64,000 nucleotides of DNA, from contig ML978123.1 of NCBI GenBank assembly GCA_010015805.1, positions 806,001 to 870,000 on the forward strand, given 5' to 3'. How positions within the stretch are numbered: the first letter of the stretch is position 1; each line of letters starts with the position of its first letter. Below the pieces are notes generated by a model. That model ran no database searches and was not told where the DNA came from. It was given only the letters and a program-made list of their open reading frames with translations. Shown in pieces: positions 1-12,766 of this stretch. The translations under genes and the position numbers were made by a program. The stretch comes from Rhizodiscina lignyota. Lineage: Eukaryota.

Positions 1-858
1 ACTCCCTTACCGTCCGCGACCAAGAAGACGATGACGATGAAGGTGGAATCGACCCAGCTATTTGGGAGATTGTGCTTCATCGTGTTGTCGCTGTGACTGT
101 TGGTACGATGTGGGGTATGATTGTGACCAGGCTCATCTGGCCTATCAGCGCGCGGAAGAAGTTCCAAAATGGACTGTCGGTATTATGGCTACGCATGGGG
201 CTAATCTGGAAACGGGACCCGCTCTCTATATTGATGGAAGGCGAACCCGGGTCAAGTTACATGGACATTCGAGAATCGATTGAGCTTCAGAGATTCCTTT
301 CAAAGCTGGATGGACTAAGAGACTCAGCAGCTTATGAGTTCGATCTGCGCGGCCCGTTCCCGAAGGAGACCTTTGGGAGAATACTGAAAGCGACAGGCCG
401 TATATTAGACGCATTCTATGCGATGAATGTTGTCATTGTCAAGGACCTCAAGGCCACCCCCGGTGAGGCAGAAATCTTGAAATATACCAGGAATGAGCGG
501 ATGCAGCTCTCGTCACGCATCTCTCATCTCTTCTCAGTTCTGGCGTCTTCGATGAAACTGGAATATCCGCTCAATGACGCATTACCGAATATTGAGCATA
601 CGAGGGACCGATTGTTAGCAAAATTGTTTCAGTTTCGGACGCATATGACAGGACAGCCAAATGCACCTACAGATGAGGACTATGAGCTCTTCTATGCGTA
701 CTGTAAGTTTTGTTATTCACTTTCTTCGACAGAAACATGCTGATGATCTGCTTCTAGCTTTGGTTACTGGTCAGCTTGCGCAAGATATTGGTGACATTGG
801 TAGGGACATAGAGCAGTTATATGGTGTGCTCAATGAGGACAGCTTGAAGCTTCAATAG
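1..858 (+). CDS. 3' part of a fungal FUSC/ArAE-like (Bre4/YGL140C-type) membrane protein; begins before the window
   Basis: Frame open from the window edge (...HRVVAVTVGTMWGMIVTRLIWPISAR...). Intron 703-757 (GTAAGT...CTGAT...TAG) joins YAY-SLVTGQLAQ; stop TAG at 856-858. Confidence 0.7.
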
Positions 859-921
859 TCATTACGTCTAGTTTGATACCCACTACCAAAATGCATTTTC
901 TTCGGCGTTCAATATCGTGTC

Positions 922-1898
922 CTAGCCTTTTCCAGCATAGTCATTCTCCCAGACCTCATCAAATGTCTTCTGATTGACTGCAAAGTCTCGAAGGTACTCC
1001 CTCTCGAGGTCATGCGTCCTTCTTCCCAGCAACACCACACTGTGAAGCGGCTTGCCCACGTCAACGTCGCATAGCTCTTCCAATGTCCCAACCACAAACG
1101 TCTGGTCTTTTGCGCCTACTCTCGCTGCTCCAACAGCCAAACTGCGAGGTCCGTAGACAGCTTCCTTCCTCTCCTCTTCAACCTCCAACATCTGACTCGC
1201 GCATGTCGCCACGCTCATGTATCTCGGTTGCTCATACACGATCTTGCCACGGGCCAGCATGTCCAGATTAGGCTCCTTGACCTTGATGTCCAGCAATATC
1301 AACGTATGCAAGCCGATTTGTACATTCTCTTTCACGCGGTCGTAGAACGACGACGGTTTCCACGTCTCAGTAAAGAACACCATTGAGACGGTCTGTCCGA
1401 AGTTGTAGAGTTGTAGGCCACAGGCTCCAATGGCCGAGAGAATAGAGGCATTGGGAATCGAGGTGTAGGCGATATTCAGTGCGCGAGCGCGGAGGAGGAG
1501 GTCTGTGTGGGTTGTTGCGCTACAATCGACTCTATAAGCGTGATTTCAGATACAAGAAGGGTGTAGAATTACCCAAATGGGTCGCCAACGACGAGGAATG
1601 CTACATCGACTTTGTCTGCGTCGGCGAGGATAGTGTCGCTGGACGACTCGACCATTTCGCGGTCGGCTATGATTACAGACCTCCCATAGAAAGCTTCCTA
1701 CTGATGGCGACCATATCTATTAGCCTACGTATTCCGCAGCAGTTAAATGGCATGATCATTCACCAATTGCTCCTTGTCGACCAAAAGGACTGCAGTGTAT
1801 GCTTCCAGATACACCCTCTCGGCCTTTTTTACGACGTCGAGGCCTTTGACAGTGATGTCAGTCTCATCGGCCAGACCGAGGCCTACGAGGTAGAGCAT
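922..1898 (-). CDS. DPH5: Diphthine methyl ester synthase
   Basis: Motifs [39 protein letters not shown]. Exons 1898-1764, 1697-1573 and 1519-922 with canonical introns. Confidence 0.96.
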
Positions 1899-2150
1899 TT
1901 TTGTCGTATCTCTCTGGATCGTCGACAATGTTGCAGCGACGTGGGTATCTGCACAGTCTGATCAGAATTAGATGTGGCTTGAGAGCACTGGCCATGGACA
2001 TGGGGCTCTGCCGCCTCGTAAGGCTGAAGGCGGTAAGCGATCTGCGACCGGGGTACGTACTTCTGCCGCTGCAACTTGTTAAACCCAGCCTCAGTTTCCT
2101 CTCTTCATCAACTCCACCCCTCTTTTCATGTGAGAACCACAACCTTCAAG

Positions 2151-3645
2151 ATGTCTTCAGATGGCTTCACCCCAAAGTACCGGACAGAGATCCAGCAGGT
2201 ATGTGGTCCATTTCTTTTCGCTTTTACCGCAAGCCCTTCTGTTTGGGTTAAGCAAGTCGCGTGTTTTTCGCTTGATCGGAGTCGTGAACGCTCTAACACA
2301 CCACACGTTGTTTTGTTATTGTTTACTCTCTATCTCTATATATGCAATACTGTTATGGCTACCCCAGAACCTCATCCAATACATCAACTTGCGGGAACAC
2401 ATGAATTCCTCCTCGGATTACGATATGCCCGATGACTTCGTTGTCCCGGATGGCATCAACATCCACAAGGCGTGCTGGCTGCAGTGTCTTGGAGAAACGA
2501 AGCATGGCTCAAAACTTGCTCCGTCCTTTCCTTTCGATGACGACGCTGTCTTGAATAATGAGTCTACGTCTGGGTTCAAAATTCGGCTGATTCATTTGAT
2601 CGAGCAGATGATGTTCGTGTCTGGCGAAACGGGTGAAGCCGCGGTAGAAACGACTACGCTCATCGAAGAAATCGTTCGAAACCAGGTCCACCACATGGTA
2701 CGTTGCTTTCCTTCCCCATCTTGTGCTTTGAATAAATTGCTGACGAACAACACAGCTGAAGGAGAGCACCGATCTCGCGAACCGCCGTGGCAACCGTGCT
2801 ATCGCCACGACCGACTTGATGTATCTGATCCGCCATGACCGCGCAAAGCTCTCAAGACTTCGTCATTTCTTGCAGTGGAAAGACGTGCGCAAGAATGTCA
2901 AGGACAGCTCCGACGACAAGGGCGCTGGCGATGCAGGCGTTGATCTAGCAGGTGGTGACGAGGCCCTCGGCGCAGGTCTAGGTGCAGGTCCTGATGCGAC
3001 TGTCGACATGAAGAAGAACAAGAAGAACCGCGTCGAGCTGCCATGGGATGTCGCGAGCTACTTCTCAGAGCAAGTGCCTCCACGTGACGATGAAGAAGAC
3101 GAAGAGGAGGAGGAGATGAACTTCGCTACCCTTCAACGCCTCAAGTTGGCCGATGAGCGCACCAAGAACATGAGCAAGGAGGACTACATGCACTGGTCTG
3201 AATGCCGTCAGGCCTCCTTCACGTTCCGCAAGGGCAAGCGCTTCCGCGAGTGGGCTGGCTTTGGCGTGATCACCGACTCGAAGCCGAACGACGACATCAT
3301 CGACATACTGGGCTTCCTCACGTTCGAGATTGTGCAGACTCTGACAGAAGAGGCCCTCAAGGTCAAGGTGGAGGAAGATATGGCGAAGAAGCAGAGCGGT
3401 ATTGGCAAGGAGCAGCCCGGACACAAGAGGAAGAGGGAGCCAGGCTTGTTCGACTTGCCAGAGGAGGAGAGAGAACCTGTCAGCAAGGCGCATGTTCAAG
3501 AGGCGTTCAGGAGGACTCAGCAACTTAGCCTGAGGAGCAAGGCACTTGGACTGAGAATGCATATCATCAAACAGCCGCTGAAGCTGGTGAGTTTAAGACA
3601 AGACCGTGCTACATTGCTACATGTTCTAACATGAAACAGATTTGA
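2151..3645 (+). CDS. SPT3: SAGA complex subunit Spt3
   Basis: Motifs [62 protein letters not shown]. Exons 2151-2198, 2608-2697, 2756-3586, 3640-3645. Confidence 0.95.
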
Positions 3646-3971
3646 TCTTTCACCAGGAGGTGAATCAGACAGTCTCGGGAAACCTGAGATATTGAATGGC
3701 TGTGCATAGCCAAAAACTAAGGCGTTCTGGGAGTCGGGTGGTCACAAGGAATACCCCAAATGATTGTGAACGGTTATGATGGATGGATGATATCAACTTC
3801 ATCTGCGCATTTTCGAGGCGCAATCTTTGTTCGGCTACAAAGCCGTTGGTTTCACGATCAGAAACCCTTCTGATACCTGATGATGTACTTTACACCTTTT
3901 AATGATGACTCGACCCCGTTGATGGAGTTGCTTTTCATGTCATCCTGTGCTGCGGCCATTTGCAATATGCT

Positions 3972-4698
3972 CTACTTGGATCGCCATTGCTGAAGCTCCG
4001 CCTCGCTCAATTGCCTCAACTTATTCACGCTCGGCGCCTCGCCAGTCGCAACTCCCTTCACCACTTCGACGAACCCACCAATAGCAGTGCCCCTGCTCAC
4101 TGCATATTGTGCCGTGTGCGTCTGCACCTTGATCAGGACGATTCGCGGATCCTCTGGGCCGCCGTCGTGCTTGCCGTCGCCGAGGTCGCCAATCCAAGCC
4201 TTGAGAGCTGGAGAGTAGTACTGCTTCACCAAGTCGCGGTTGGTCTCGATGGTCGCCTTGCCAGACACGGATGCCCACTCTCCTGAATTGTTGAGGAAGC
4301 CTAGGTTGATTTCAGATCCACCTTCCTTGATGTCGTCTGTCTTGCCGGACTCGGAATTGGAATGGAAGATGAAGTCGACGCCGTTACTCTCCTGGTTTAA
4401 TGTCAGCTCAATGGCCCGTTCTTGCTTATGGAGTTGGAGGGAGGTGGTGTCGCACCTTCGCAGCGAGCGCCATGCATCTCGAAGCAAGAAGTCCGTCGCT
4501 TGTTTGGGTCGTCATCATGCAGAACTGCTCTCGGTTAGCTGCACTGCTAAGTCCTGGGGCAATCAATCCTACCTTGCACTTGTCGACGAAGCTTGTGAGG
4601 GCCTCCACCTTCTCCTTCAACGATGGCTCCTCAAGGTTCTTCTCCTTGTATGGATCAGCTGGCTTGCTACCAGTATCCGTATTGCTGAATGACGACAT
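3972..4698 (-). CDS. bli-3: Blue-light-inducible BLI-3 family protein (pyridoxamine-phosphate-oxidase-like fold)
   Basis: MSSFSNTDTGSKPADPYKEKN, KFCMMTT, LASRCMALAAKE, AWIGDLGDGKHDGGPEDPRI. Exons 4698-4573, 4524-4456, 4391-3972. Confidence 0.88.
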
Positions 4699-5241
4699 GG
4701 TTGAGACGTTGATTCTTTCGACGAGCTTATATGTTTTATGCGTCCGTTGTGCTTGAATTGAAGATTTTGGTCGCTGTGGGAGCGTTAGTATGCCGCGAGA
4801 AGCCATGATAGGAGACCTCTTTCGAAGAACTCTTCGACAATTGAGACGACGCAGAGAAACAGACATAATATTGAATATTCGATATAATTATTGAAAAGAC
4901 TCACCTGATGGTAATGGGGTTGAAAATTAAATTAAAGCGCGAAGGAAGTTGAGCTTAAGAAAGTTCGTGACCGTCGTGACTTCATAAAGACGCGCTAGAC
5001 GCGCACGCGACGTCATCGAAATGGTGAGATTTCGATCTCTATGCCATGGGGAAATAGGCCGAGAATCACGAGTTTTCCGACCAGCCTTACACAGCATGCA
5101 TACTAAAAATGTGCTTATTCTGATTTTAGTACACTTTGCATCTTGCAGATCCGCGAATGACGATCCATCCGCTCAACATCCATAACCATTTTCACTAAGC
5201 GACATTTGACTTTTCCATTTGAAATCCCGTTCCTAATTTCA

Positions 5242-6855
5242 CTATGCTGAGAAACTTTTGAGCTTTCCGATCACTGCTTTTTCGGGGGAGCGGTTGCCAT
5301 GACCTGCTCCAGCCAGGGCCACACTGAAGCATTAGCTTCGGGATAGCCCATATGCGCTCGCTTAGAGATGAACCTGCATTAAAACGTTAGCATCCTTCGT
5401 TACTTTGGCTCTAGCAATTGATCTCACCTTGCTTCTTTCGGGCTTCCGTATTCGAACAAGAGCATGCTATCTTCAATTGGCATGCATCCGTCATCAACTC
5501 CATTCATGAGCAACAATCTTGTGCTCGGCATATTGACAATTCCGGTTTCGACTAAGCTGAAAGTCTTTTGGCAGTTCTCCAACAACTCGTCCCACGTCTT
5601 GTAGCCATACTGTTGGAATTCGTCAGAGTCGCTATTGGGATGGACAGAAATACCATCACGTACCTTCATCAAATATGCTTCCTTCAAGCTGAATGGATAC
5701 TCATGATGGTCGACCTCTGCCAGCCACTCCTTCCCGATGTAATGATGCTAGACATTGTTAGTACAAATCCCACACACTCAATCCTGATCAACCTACCGTG
5801 CCTGCACCATGTCCAACGCATCCAGCAAGTTGCGAGGCATGAGTGTGGGCAGCGCGAATGGCGTAGTAGCCACCCGCCGACAAACCCCAACCGATCACCT
5901 TTGATTCATCCAGCTCCGGGTTCTCTGCGATCCACTCAAGGATCGCAGAGAAATATCGATCTGGGGAAAGCGGGTCGGTCTTGAGAGCTGGACAATCAGC
6001 AACGCCTGGGATATCACAGATCACTGTCGCCCAGCCGCGCTCTATTGCGCCTTCTGTTCGCTGTCCTCGTGTGTCAGCCAACAATCCGGAAGCATTTCCC
6101 AGAACATCTCACCTCGTAGTTGTCTGGTCTGTGCCCATCAAGTCCTGTAATGAGGAACATGACAGGAACTGGCTTGTCTACCGTCGACCCTCGCGGCATC
6201 CTGACATACAGAGGAATCTCCTTCCCATCACCCTCCTTTGCATATTTGTGCGGGATGATGACCTCTGTCATGACAGGATCCCATAGCCTCATGCCCTTCT
6301 CGTACACCTTCTTCTGCTTCTCAAACGCTTCCCGCTTCAACGGCGTGCCAATGTATGGAAAGCGGCTGAGGCGGTAGACGGTGGAGGCGCGCTTGTAGAG
6401 CGCAATGGCAAGTGCCTTGTCCGTAGACTCGGCGTCCTCCCCTCTCTTCGCAAGGTCCTCGGCGATGGAGAAGAAGGCGGAGGTGTAGGCATCGTTGTAG
6501 GGGTCGTTGATGTTATCTGTACCTCTGGGTAAGCATTGGGCTTTGTAAGAAAGCTGTCTCGAGCTCCATACTGCGGATGAGGAAGTCAAAGATGGGTTCG
6601 AAGTCCTCGAGCTTGCCGTCATGGAATCTAGCACCATCCGTGAGCCATTGCGAACTCTGCATGAAACGACACGCAGTATACGCACGGGTAGACGCCTAAG
6701 GTGCACTGTAAAGTCTCGTCAGCTTCGTTCAATGGCCATCAAAGAGGGGCACATACAGGAAATTTCCATCTCGTCTCCCACAGCGTTTTTATGCTGCCCT
6801 GATGGCCGAAATCCGTCTTGAACAAGCCATGCTGTTCCAAAATCCAGTTTACCAT
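5242..6855 (-). CDS. ayg1: Ayg1-like alpha/beta-hydrolase (polyketide chain-shortening, DHN-melanin related)
   Basis: Spliced N-terminus [29 protein letters not shown] (includes 20-nt exon 6686-6705), [10 protein letters not shown], nucleophile GLSAGG, C-terminal HMGYPEAN. About six introns; stop TAG at 5244-5242. Confidence 0.87.
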
Positions 6856-7584
6856 TTTTACCAGCTTTCAGACACCGTGAAGGAGCCTCGACTTTTAGTT
6901 TCTATGTCTTCAATAATCGCGCTGCGGAGCCCAGCTATGGCTATATTCGGGCGCCGCCTCGGACTTGTGGGGGTCCGGAGACTGCCCTGAGGCCGGTAAG
7001 GTATATTGATTGGCTGCTGACATTGTTTGAGAAATATTAAAGATCTGTATTCTTAAATGCTGAAGCAAAATTGTAAATAGGAAGCCTCTCTGCTATGACC
7101 TTGATGGTTGTTTGTTGGAGAGAAGGAGGGTCGGAATGCTGGTGTCCCAAAATTAGGATGGCTACTAGATCTGCTTTTCAATGGTTCTTGATTCGCCAGA
7201 ATATTGATTGTGATTATTCGAGAGATTTAGGGAATCAGGAACTAGGAAGAGATTTGTACATTGATAGACTGCACATAAGAGTTGTCGCTCGATTCCACAA
7301 GCAATGTGACACTGGTTCATTTTGCAAATGGGTTTCAATTAGTCTTACTTCCTACATCCCAGCTAATGTACAATCCAAGAACCTCGAATGCAGTTGCCCA
7401 TACTGATACAACAAAGCAAATGCTAGCCTCCAATGAATTGACCACCCTGCTGAATCGACGAATGGATCAGAACTCCGCCTATGGCCCCAAGACTCCCTTA
7501 AATGAGACTCAACGAAAGGACAAAGGAAACCATAAGCACGACATGGAATCAAGGAAAGTCCGAGAGAGCGACATCATATCCTTC

Positions 7585-9138
7585 TTAGTGCGTCCCATTA
7601 ACCTGAGCCTTCTTTCCCACCAATTGCTGCCCATTCGTCGGCTGGGCCTGCTCTTGCTGTGGCATTCTCGCCAGCCATTGAGGCGGCTGAATGCCAGTCT
7701 GGTCGTTGATCGTCTCAAGCAGCGGCGGCAGGCTCTGGAACAGGTTGCGAATCGGCGCCGTAGCATCCGCCTCGCCCTGCGCGCCAGTGTTCCATACGCT
7801 GATCTTAGGCTGCATGCCCTTGACGGCCGTGGCGTTCGCCTCCGCGAGTTTCGTGTACGTGCCGTCCTTCAGCATCAAGTACTGCATGAGACCCTGTGGT
7901 CCACCCAGCGCTTGAGCGAGGTGGCCGTATGCCTTCGCCATCTCACCCAGACCCTCTGCCTCCTTCTGGCGCGCGTAGAACGCAGCATCTGCCTCGCGCT
8001 GCTCCGCATAGAAGCGCGCATCCGACTCGGCCTTGCGCTCGTACTGCACACCCTCCGCGCGCTTCTGCGCAGAGTACAGGTCCGCATCGGCCTGCTGCTG
8101 CGCCGACTCGCGCGCAATCTTCGCCTGCGTGACGGTCGTGGCACGCAGACGCTCTAGCTCCATCTCCGCGCGCTTCTGCTCGACGACGGTCTGCAGCTCG
8201 GTGTCGCGCTCCTCGGCAGCGCGCTGCGCGATGATGCGCGCGAGCTTGAGTTCCTTCCCGATCTGGATCTCCTTGTCCGTGAGCTTCGCGTCGGCGGTGG
8301 CCTTCTCGCCCTTGCGCTCGGTTTCGAGGACGGCGGTCGCGGCGTTGATCTTGGCGATCTCCTGCTTCGTGCGGCCGAGCTTCTCGGCTTCTCCGATTTC
8401 ACCGCGCATGCGGGCGTCTGCGACGTCGACCTTGGCCTGGTTGAGGGCGCCTTCGTGGGCCTTGCGGGAGAGAAAGGCGAAGTATTCACTGCCTGGGGTG
8501 TCTTGCAGCTCCTTGACGTTGGCATTGTAGCTGTATTAGTTATTAGTAAAATTAATTCAGTGCGGCAGCGAGAAGAAAGGGTTGGGGGTGACTCACATCC
8601 TCAAGCCAAACTGGTCCAATTCGCTCTGGACGTTGTGAATCACCTTATCTTTGAACACCTTCCTCTCCTTGAACAGCTCCTCCATCGTCATCGTCGACAC
8701 AATGCTCCTCGTCTCCCCTTCAATGATGCCCTTGACGATATCTTGCACATGACTGCGACCACTTCCGACAGCGACAGCGCCACTCGCCGTCGTCACCGCC
8801 TTGGTACCATCGGCTTCACCAGTAAGCAGGATTGCATATTTTTGCAGCGAATCCAGAGAGTCGTCAGGGCCGATAGTGAAGACAGCAGGGAGCGAAAACT
8901 TCAGTTTCTCAATGGTCATCGCCTGCAGGTTCATGGAGAAGTCGAAAGGCGTGATAGAGATTTTGGTGACTTTCTGGAAAGGATAGACAAGGGCCTTCTT
9001 CTTAATGAGGACCTTCTCAATCCCCGCACCTGTGATGACCAGGTACGAGTTTGGCTCGGCAACATGATACCTGACAATGGAATGTTAGCAGTGCTATCGA
9101 CCATTGCGATTTGTATACTGGTGTACGTACCACATCAT
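7585..9138 (-). CDS. Flotillin (SPFH domain plus coiled coil)
   Basis: MMWYHVAEPNSYLVITGAGI, FSLPAVFTIGP, GIIEGETR, YNANVKEL, Ala/Glu-rich coil, QPKISVWNTG. Exons 9138-9131, 9070-8597, 8530-7585. Confidence 0.93.
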
Positions 9139-9527
9139 CTTGACGGTATTGCTAGATTGGATGAGATTTGAAGAAAGTTTGCTGGCTTGAACAGATTCAA
9201 GCTAACGAATGAAGATGGACTGATCAATGAAATGGAGAGGTACTTGGAAAGTGAGGAGATGTTTTATACTTCGACTTGTACCTCCGTAGAGTCTGCCTTG
9301 TGTGCAACCAAAACCCCGCGGCAGTTTCGGCATAGCCACTACTCGTTCAATTACTATCACGAGGCAACAGTGATTGATGGTGTTGCAACTTGCGGCTCCT
9401 TCAAGTTCAAATGGGCGAGTGTTGACTCGTGACCGCAGCCGGGGGCCGGCTCAGCCTCGCCAAATTGCCTCTAACCGTAAAGGGACGGACGATCCTGAGG
9501 TTTTAAGGGGCAAATCGCGCATACAAC

Positions 9528-9543
9528 AGAGAGAGAGAGAGAA
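9528..9543. repeat. (AG)n microsatellite in the flotillin upstream region
   Basis: AGAGAGAGAGAGAGA run read directly. Confidence 0.8.
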
Positions 9544-10040
9544 AGAAGGAAAAAGTGCCGCTTTCCATCCTGGTTATGGATTTGCTCCTGCGCTGGCAGA
9601 GGCATTTGTTTCGTATTCATGTTTTCCCTGCTGGATGGTGACAGTTGCCACGCATGCTTCCAGAGTGTGCTGCCAAGGAGTCAGGACACGGCGACTTCCA
9701 TTCCATTAGCAACGCCAACGCGAGTTTCTTGGTACTCTTGCGAATCAATAATTCTGCCACTGCCTCAGCGCTAGTAACGGTGAACGGTCAAGAATCAGGA
9801 GTCGTGCTTTCGGTGTATTTTGCTGCTCCTTGCTCTTCCGAAGCCCGCGGTCAGTGTGGTCAGTGTGAATCACGAAACTCAGCCTTGCTGGAGGCTTCCG
9901 CCCAACAAAGAAATCAGCCCGCTCCCTTTCACAATCACCCCACGCACGAGCCACAGTACAGACCAAGGCAGTAACGAAGAGGCCGAAGAATTAAAACACT
10001 TGTCATATTCCATGCAAATTACAAGTCATCAAACTCTGCA

Positions 10041-10793
10041 ATGACTTCCAGCTCGAAAGCCGACGAATGCCCGCCAAGCTATGAGGAGAGCGAGGAGGAC
10101 ACCTTTACCTCCACTGCACACATGCTATCAGGCCCAGGCATCGTGAGCGAAGTCGAATACAGTCGCCAGGAAGTCGTGCGCTCGGCCATAGAAAATCACA
10201 TCCTGCCGGTGCTGAGAAGACAAGCGAACTACGGGCTCGCTAAGAGCACGACTGTCTTGGAGGCTTATGAGCCTTCGAGCGTGGAATTTGGCTCGCAGAA
10301 GTCCAATGATGGTAGGCTGGCCTTGAGAGAATTTACGCAAGCAGAGAACTTAGTGTTATCAGATTCATCGAACCAGCAGAAAGGCCCGATCGTAAGCCAT
10401 GAGGGAGAGAACCTCACCATGATTCAACTGCAAGGGCAGGAGAACTCTGCAGAATTCTGGAGCCAGCCTTCTGCCATCAAGGAGTTGCAACGGCAACTGC
10501 ATGATATCCTCTGTGCTTCGACTGTATTTGAGGGAGTAGAGTTCCAAGCCCCAAAGGAGGCGGACTCTGCAGCAGAACCATCGAAAGGGACCAAAGGCTG
10601 GGGCAAGAAGCTGATGAAAGAGTTTGCCAAGCCGAGAGATGAGATTGCGTTGGCTCATCCACCGAAGAATAGTCAGGGCGTCCAGTTATCAGTTGAGCGC
10701 GAAGATGTTGTCTGGAGGACCCAGAATGACTTTGGCCTCTATGAGAATGTGACGAAGCCAGGGATCATCGTGCGAGTAGAGGTGCTTTGTTGA
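10041..10793 (+). CDS. Hypothetical protein, 250 aa, single exon
   Basis: ATG-started ORF with coding-like composition, N-terminal PPSY motif, C-terminal WRTQNDFGLYE...GIIVRVEV. Confidence 0.75.
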   Translation: MTSSSKADECPPSYEESEEDTFTSTAHMLSGPGIVSEVEYSRQEVVRSAIENHILPVLRRQANYGLAKSTTVLEAYEPSSVEFGSQKSNDGRLALREFTQAENLVLSDSSNQQKGPIVSHEGENLTMIQLQGQENSAEFWSQPSAIKELQRQLHDILCASTVFEGVEFQAPKEADSAAEPSKGTKGWGKKLMKEFAKPRDEIALAHPPKNSQGVQLSVEREDVVWRTQNDFGLYENVTKPGIIVRVEVLC

Positions 10794-10901
10794 TGTCATG
10801 CTGTCTATAGGCGTTTCCTCTTTCAAATATAGAATAGCGAGGCGTAAATGCGATCATGGTGGCATGTCCTTGGATGGCGTAGTCAGTTAAATGGGATATG
10901 T

Positions 10902-11905
10902 TCAATCCTCTTCTTCTTCTTCCTCAACCTCAATCTCGTCCAAACTGAACGCATCCAAATCCACGGGCGGCTTCAGGCTGACACCGTTCGCCTCCATCCA
11001 TCGTTTCACCAGCACCTTGTTCACAACAGCCTCAGCGCTGCCCCTCTTCTTCCGCTCGAGCACGCCCATGTCCTTCAGTGTGGCAATAACGTCCTCCGGC
11101 ACGATATACGTTTCATCGCTGATATCCTTGACCGTCACTGGCTTCTTGCAGGGCCTGCTGACCAAATATCTCGCAATCGTGGCAGACCAGAATCGCTCAT
11201 ATCCCTTCCGTCCCGGCTCGCTGAGAGGTTTCTCAGGTCCGCCGAGCCTGCCTTCTCGCTTCGACAAGACGTAGGAAGCACCCATGAGTACTTGGCCGAA
11301 GCCTTTGCGCTGCCATGGTGGGAAAACGAGAATACAGGCCAGGTTGTTGTTATCCCAAGAGAGCTTCTCTTTGCTGAAGAAGCCGACGACTTGCGTGGTA
11401 GGCGGAGAACTAGTAGGATCGGTGTAAACGAGGAGATAGTAGAGGAAGGTGGTGACGTCGTAGAAGACGGATTTGGTGTCGAGGAAGAGTTTCGCGAGGA
11501 GCGACAGATTTTGAGTATAGAGCTGTAAGGCCTCCATGAGCAACTTCCCATAGAACAGAAAGGTCATCAAACCTTATAGTCCTCCCCATCAACCTCGTGT
11601 ATCCTCACCGGCCCATCTTCATAGATGCTCGTCCCCGGCGGCCCATCCTTATTAAGCGCGCAGACATCGCGGTGCGCGATAAACGGCAGCAGGTCCTTGC
11701 TGTACTTGAAGCAGTACTCGCACACGAACAGCTTCTCCGTCTTGCGGCCGATCAGGTCCTCGGGGTAGAACGATGGGTACCACGGCTTGATCCACAGATT
11801 GCCGAGCACGACGTCTTGCACGTTGAGCTGCGGCGACGGCCTGGGCTTCGCGGGGGTGCCGTTGATTGTTGGCGGGAGGGTTTGCAATGGCGAGGTAGGC
11901 GCCAT
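10902..11905 (-). CDS. Short MYST-family histone acetyltransferase (Sas2-like, no chromodomain)
   Basis: IKPWYPSFYP, C2HC finger CEYCFKY..H...C, QNLSLLAKLFLDTKS, acetyl-CoA motif NLACILVFPPWQRKGFG, GPEKPLS. Intron 11572-11523. Confidence 0.9.
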
Positions 11906-12766
11906 TGCTGAGGTAGTGCGTTATGGCGGGCTTTGCATTGCACAATTGACGTCGAACTGCCGAAGGCTGAGGTGTGCGGAGGCGCGAAGTCGCGACGTGA
12001 GGTTGGCGACGTGAGTGGTAAGCTACTGCAGATCCGCGTAAACTTTCCAACCAAACTTTCCATCCACAGTAAGCGGAATGAACCTTAAAAACAGGAGACC
12101 GGAAACATCCATCTGAGCTTATGAATCATTGTGAATCATTAGGGAATTTCTATCATAAACCCTAATTTTTTATGCTTAAGTCCGAGAAGGAGAGGAGGTA
12201 GTCCCAGATCGATCTGGGCATTCAGGGGCACATATCAGTACGCAAGTTGTTTTTCATCTTCAGATTTCATGAACGTAACTACTTGTGTACATCAACACCT
12301 GGTTGTTCTTTCCTCCCAGGCTGTAATCATAATCGTATTCCCGCCGGATTTACCTGCGGCTCAATGCTCCCGAAGGGGTGGTAGAGTCGCGGAACCGTTC
12401 TATGCCACCAACTGAATCGGTCCCAATAACTGCTGCAACCAGATCACTCGCATTAGATGCTCGCTCCACCGACGATGAGGCTTGCTAACTAATGCAGAGT
12501 GAGACCCTGGAGTACCATAGAATGAGAACATGAATAGAACTTTTCCCCTATCGGCAATTGCTCTCATGACGCAGGATGCCACCAAAAAAGGTCCAAACGC
12601 CTCGCTCTGATGTATGCTAATGGAACATGAAACTACACCGGCAAAAGCCTCTTGTGATGACACGAACAAGAGTTTCGAAGACCAGATATAGAGGAACCAA
12701 TGAAGAAGGGTGATCGAAAGTGTAAAGTCTCAGCTCTTGCAGCTTGGAAAGGAACCAAACGTATCA

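Noticed and set aside
7282..8157. 291-aa plus-strand ORF overlapping flotillin
   Set aside because: Antisense shadow of a GC-rich, codon-biased CDS; non-ATG start and no motifs.
12157..12165. AAACCCTAA telomere-like motif
   Set aside because: Single copy, expected by chance.
12376..12410. Hairpin GGTGGTAGA...TCTATGCCACC as a tRNA or ncRNA
   Set aside because: No cloverleaf, T-loop or box motifs; probably incidental 3' UTR structure.
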